A DNA stretch of 41,513 bases from the NCBI GenBank assembly GCA_030538735.1, contig JAUNTK010000002.1, forward strand, positions 1 through 41,513, given 5' to 3'. A model generated the notes under the pieces. The model made no database searches, was not told the DNA's origin, and was given only the letters and a program-made list of their open reading frames with translations. A program made the position numbers and the translations under genes. Shown in pieces: positions 40,886 through 41,513 of the stretch (its first letter is position 1; the number at the start of each line of letters is the position of its first letter). This DNA is from Pseudomonadota bacterium (GTDB lineage: Bacteria > Pseudomonadota > Gammaproteobacteria > Xanthomonadales > Xanthomonadaceae).

Positions 40886-41513
40886 TTGAACATCGAGCCT
40901 GCCCGCCTGTCGCGGATCGGCTGGCCCGAGCCGTTGCCGGCAGCATGGCAGGCGATGTTGGCTGCCCACCCAGCGGCGCGCCCGGCGCGGGTCACCGAGC
41001 AACATCGCTCGGGCTATGTGGTGGCCGAATCGGCCGAGGAAGCGCAGGCGGTGGAATCGCTGCCGGATTGGATGCGCCCGCGCTGCGACCCCAATGCGCG
41101 CGCGGCGGTGGGTGACTGGGTATTGATCGAGGCGAGAGAGGAAAAGCCGCAGATCATCGCCCTGCTGCCGCGGCAAAGTGTCATCAAGCGTGGCGCGGCG
41201 GGCGAGCACTACAAACAGCAATTGATCGCGGCCAATGTCGATACGGCTTTTGTGGTGACCGGGCTGGATGCCGATTTCAACCCGCGCCGCATCGAGCGTT
41301 ATTTGCTGTTGTTGCAGGGCGGCGGGGTGCGGCCGGTGGTGGTACTGACCAAACACGATATCGCCATCGATGCCGAGGCGGCACTGGCCGGGCTGGACGC
41401 AGTGGTGATGCAGGGCGTGCCGGTGGCCGCGGTCAATGCGCGTGATGCGGCCAGTGTCTCGGCACTGGGTGAGTGGTTACGGCCCGGGCAGAGTGTGGTG
41501 CTGGTGGGCTCGT
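40886..41513 (+). CDS. rsgA: Ribosome small subunit-dependent GTPase A, truncated by the window end (absent from the ORF track)
   Basis: Hand translation from TTG 40886: RVTEQHRSGYVV, AVGDWV, IAANVD, DFNPRRIERYL, VLTKHD, VVLVGS (start of the circularly permuted G1). Confidence 0.92.
   Translation, partial: MNIEPARLSRIGWPEPLPAAWQAMLAAHPAARPARVTEQHRSGYVVAESAEEAQAVESLPDWMRPRCDPNARAAVGDWVLIEAREEKPQIIALLPRQSVIKRGAAGEHYKQQLIAANVDTAFVVTGLDADFNPRRIERYLLLLQGGGVRPVVVLTKHDIAIDAEAALAGLDAVVMQGVPVAAVNARDAASVSALGEWLRPGQSVVLVGS

Noticed and set aside
40757-41356. 199-aa minus-strand ORF
   Set aside because: It is antisense to rsgA, which the ORF track missed because it runs off the window end.

Overview
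GC-rich chromosomal window, most likely from a Lysobacteraceae (Xanthomonadaceae)-type gammaproteobacterium; this is inferred from the protein families and gene order, not from a search. The housekeeping backbone is cca, slt, TauE, EEP, dsbA x2, cytochrome c4, engB, gshA, ppc, frmRA-fghA, an amidohydrolase pair, a grxD fusion, alaA and rsgA. Four accessory blocks interrupt it. (1) At 1-5.2 kb, a type I export locus (HlyD adaptor plus C39-peptidase ABC transporter) brackets an AT-richer cassette encoding a 132-aa double-glycine-leader precursor and a lipoprotein with two retropepsin-like aspartyl protease domains. This is the best candidate for an undescribed bacteriocin/immunity or maturation system. 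(2) At 13.4-18.6 kb, a translationally coupled five-gene STM4015-STM4011-type operon of unknown function (LRR protein, ATP-grasp, alkaline-phosphatase-fold enzyme, two radical SAM enzymes). (3) A NUDIX-PiT pair with a reverse-oriented Pho-box-like repeat. (4) A LysM/FecR/Fn3 plus CHASE2-GGDEF-EAL signalling pair. A 4-nt insertion fuses the two dsbA genes in frame. No rRNA, tRNA, CRISPR array or transposase was recognised. All family calls come from motif recognition by eye.
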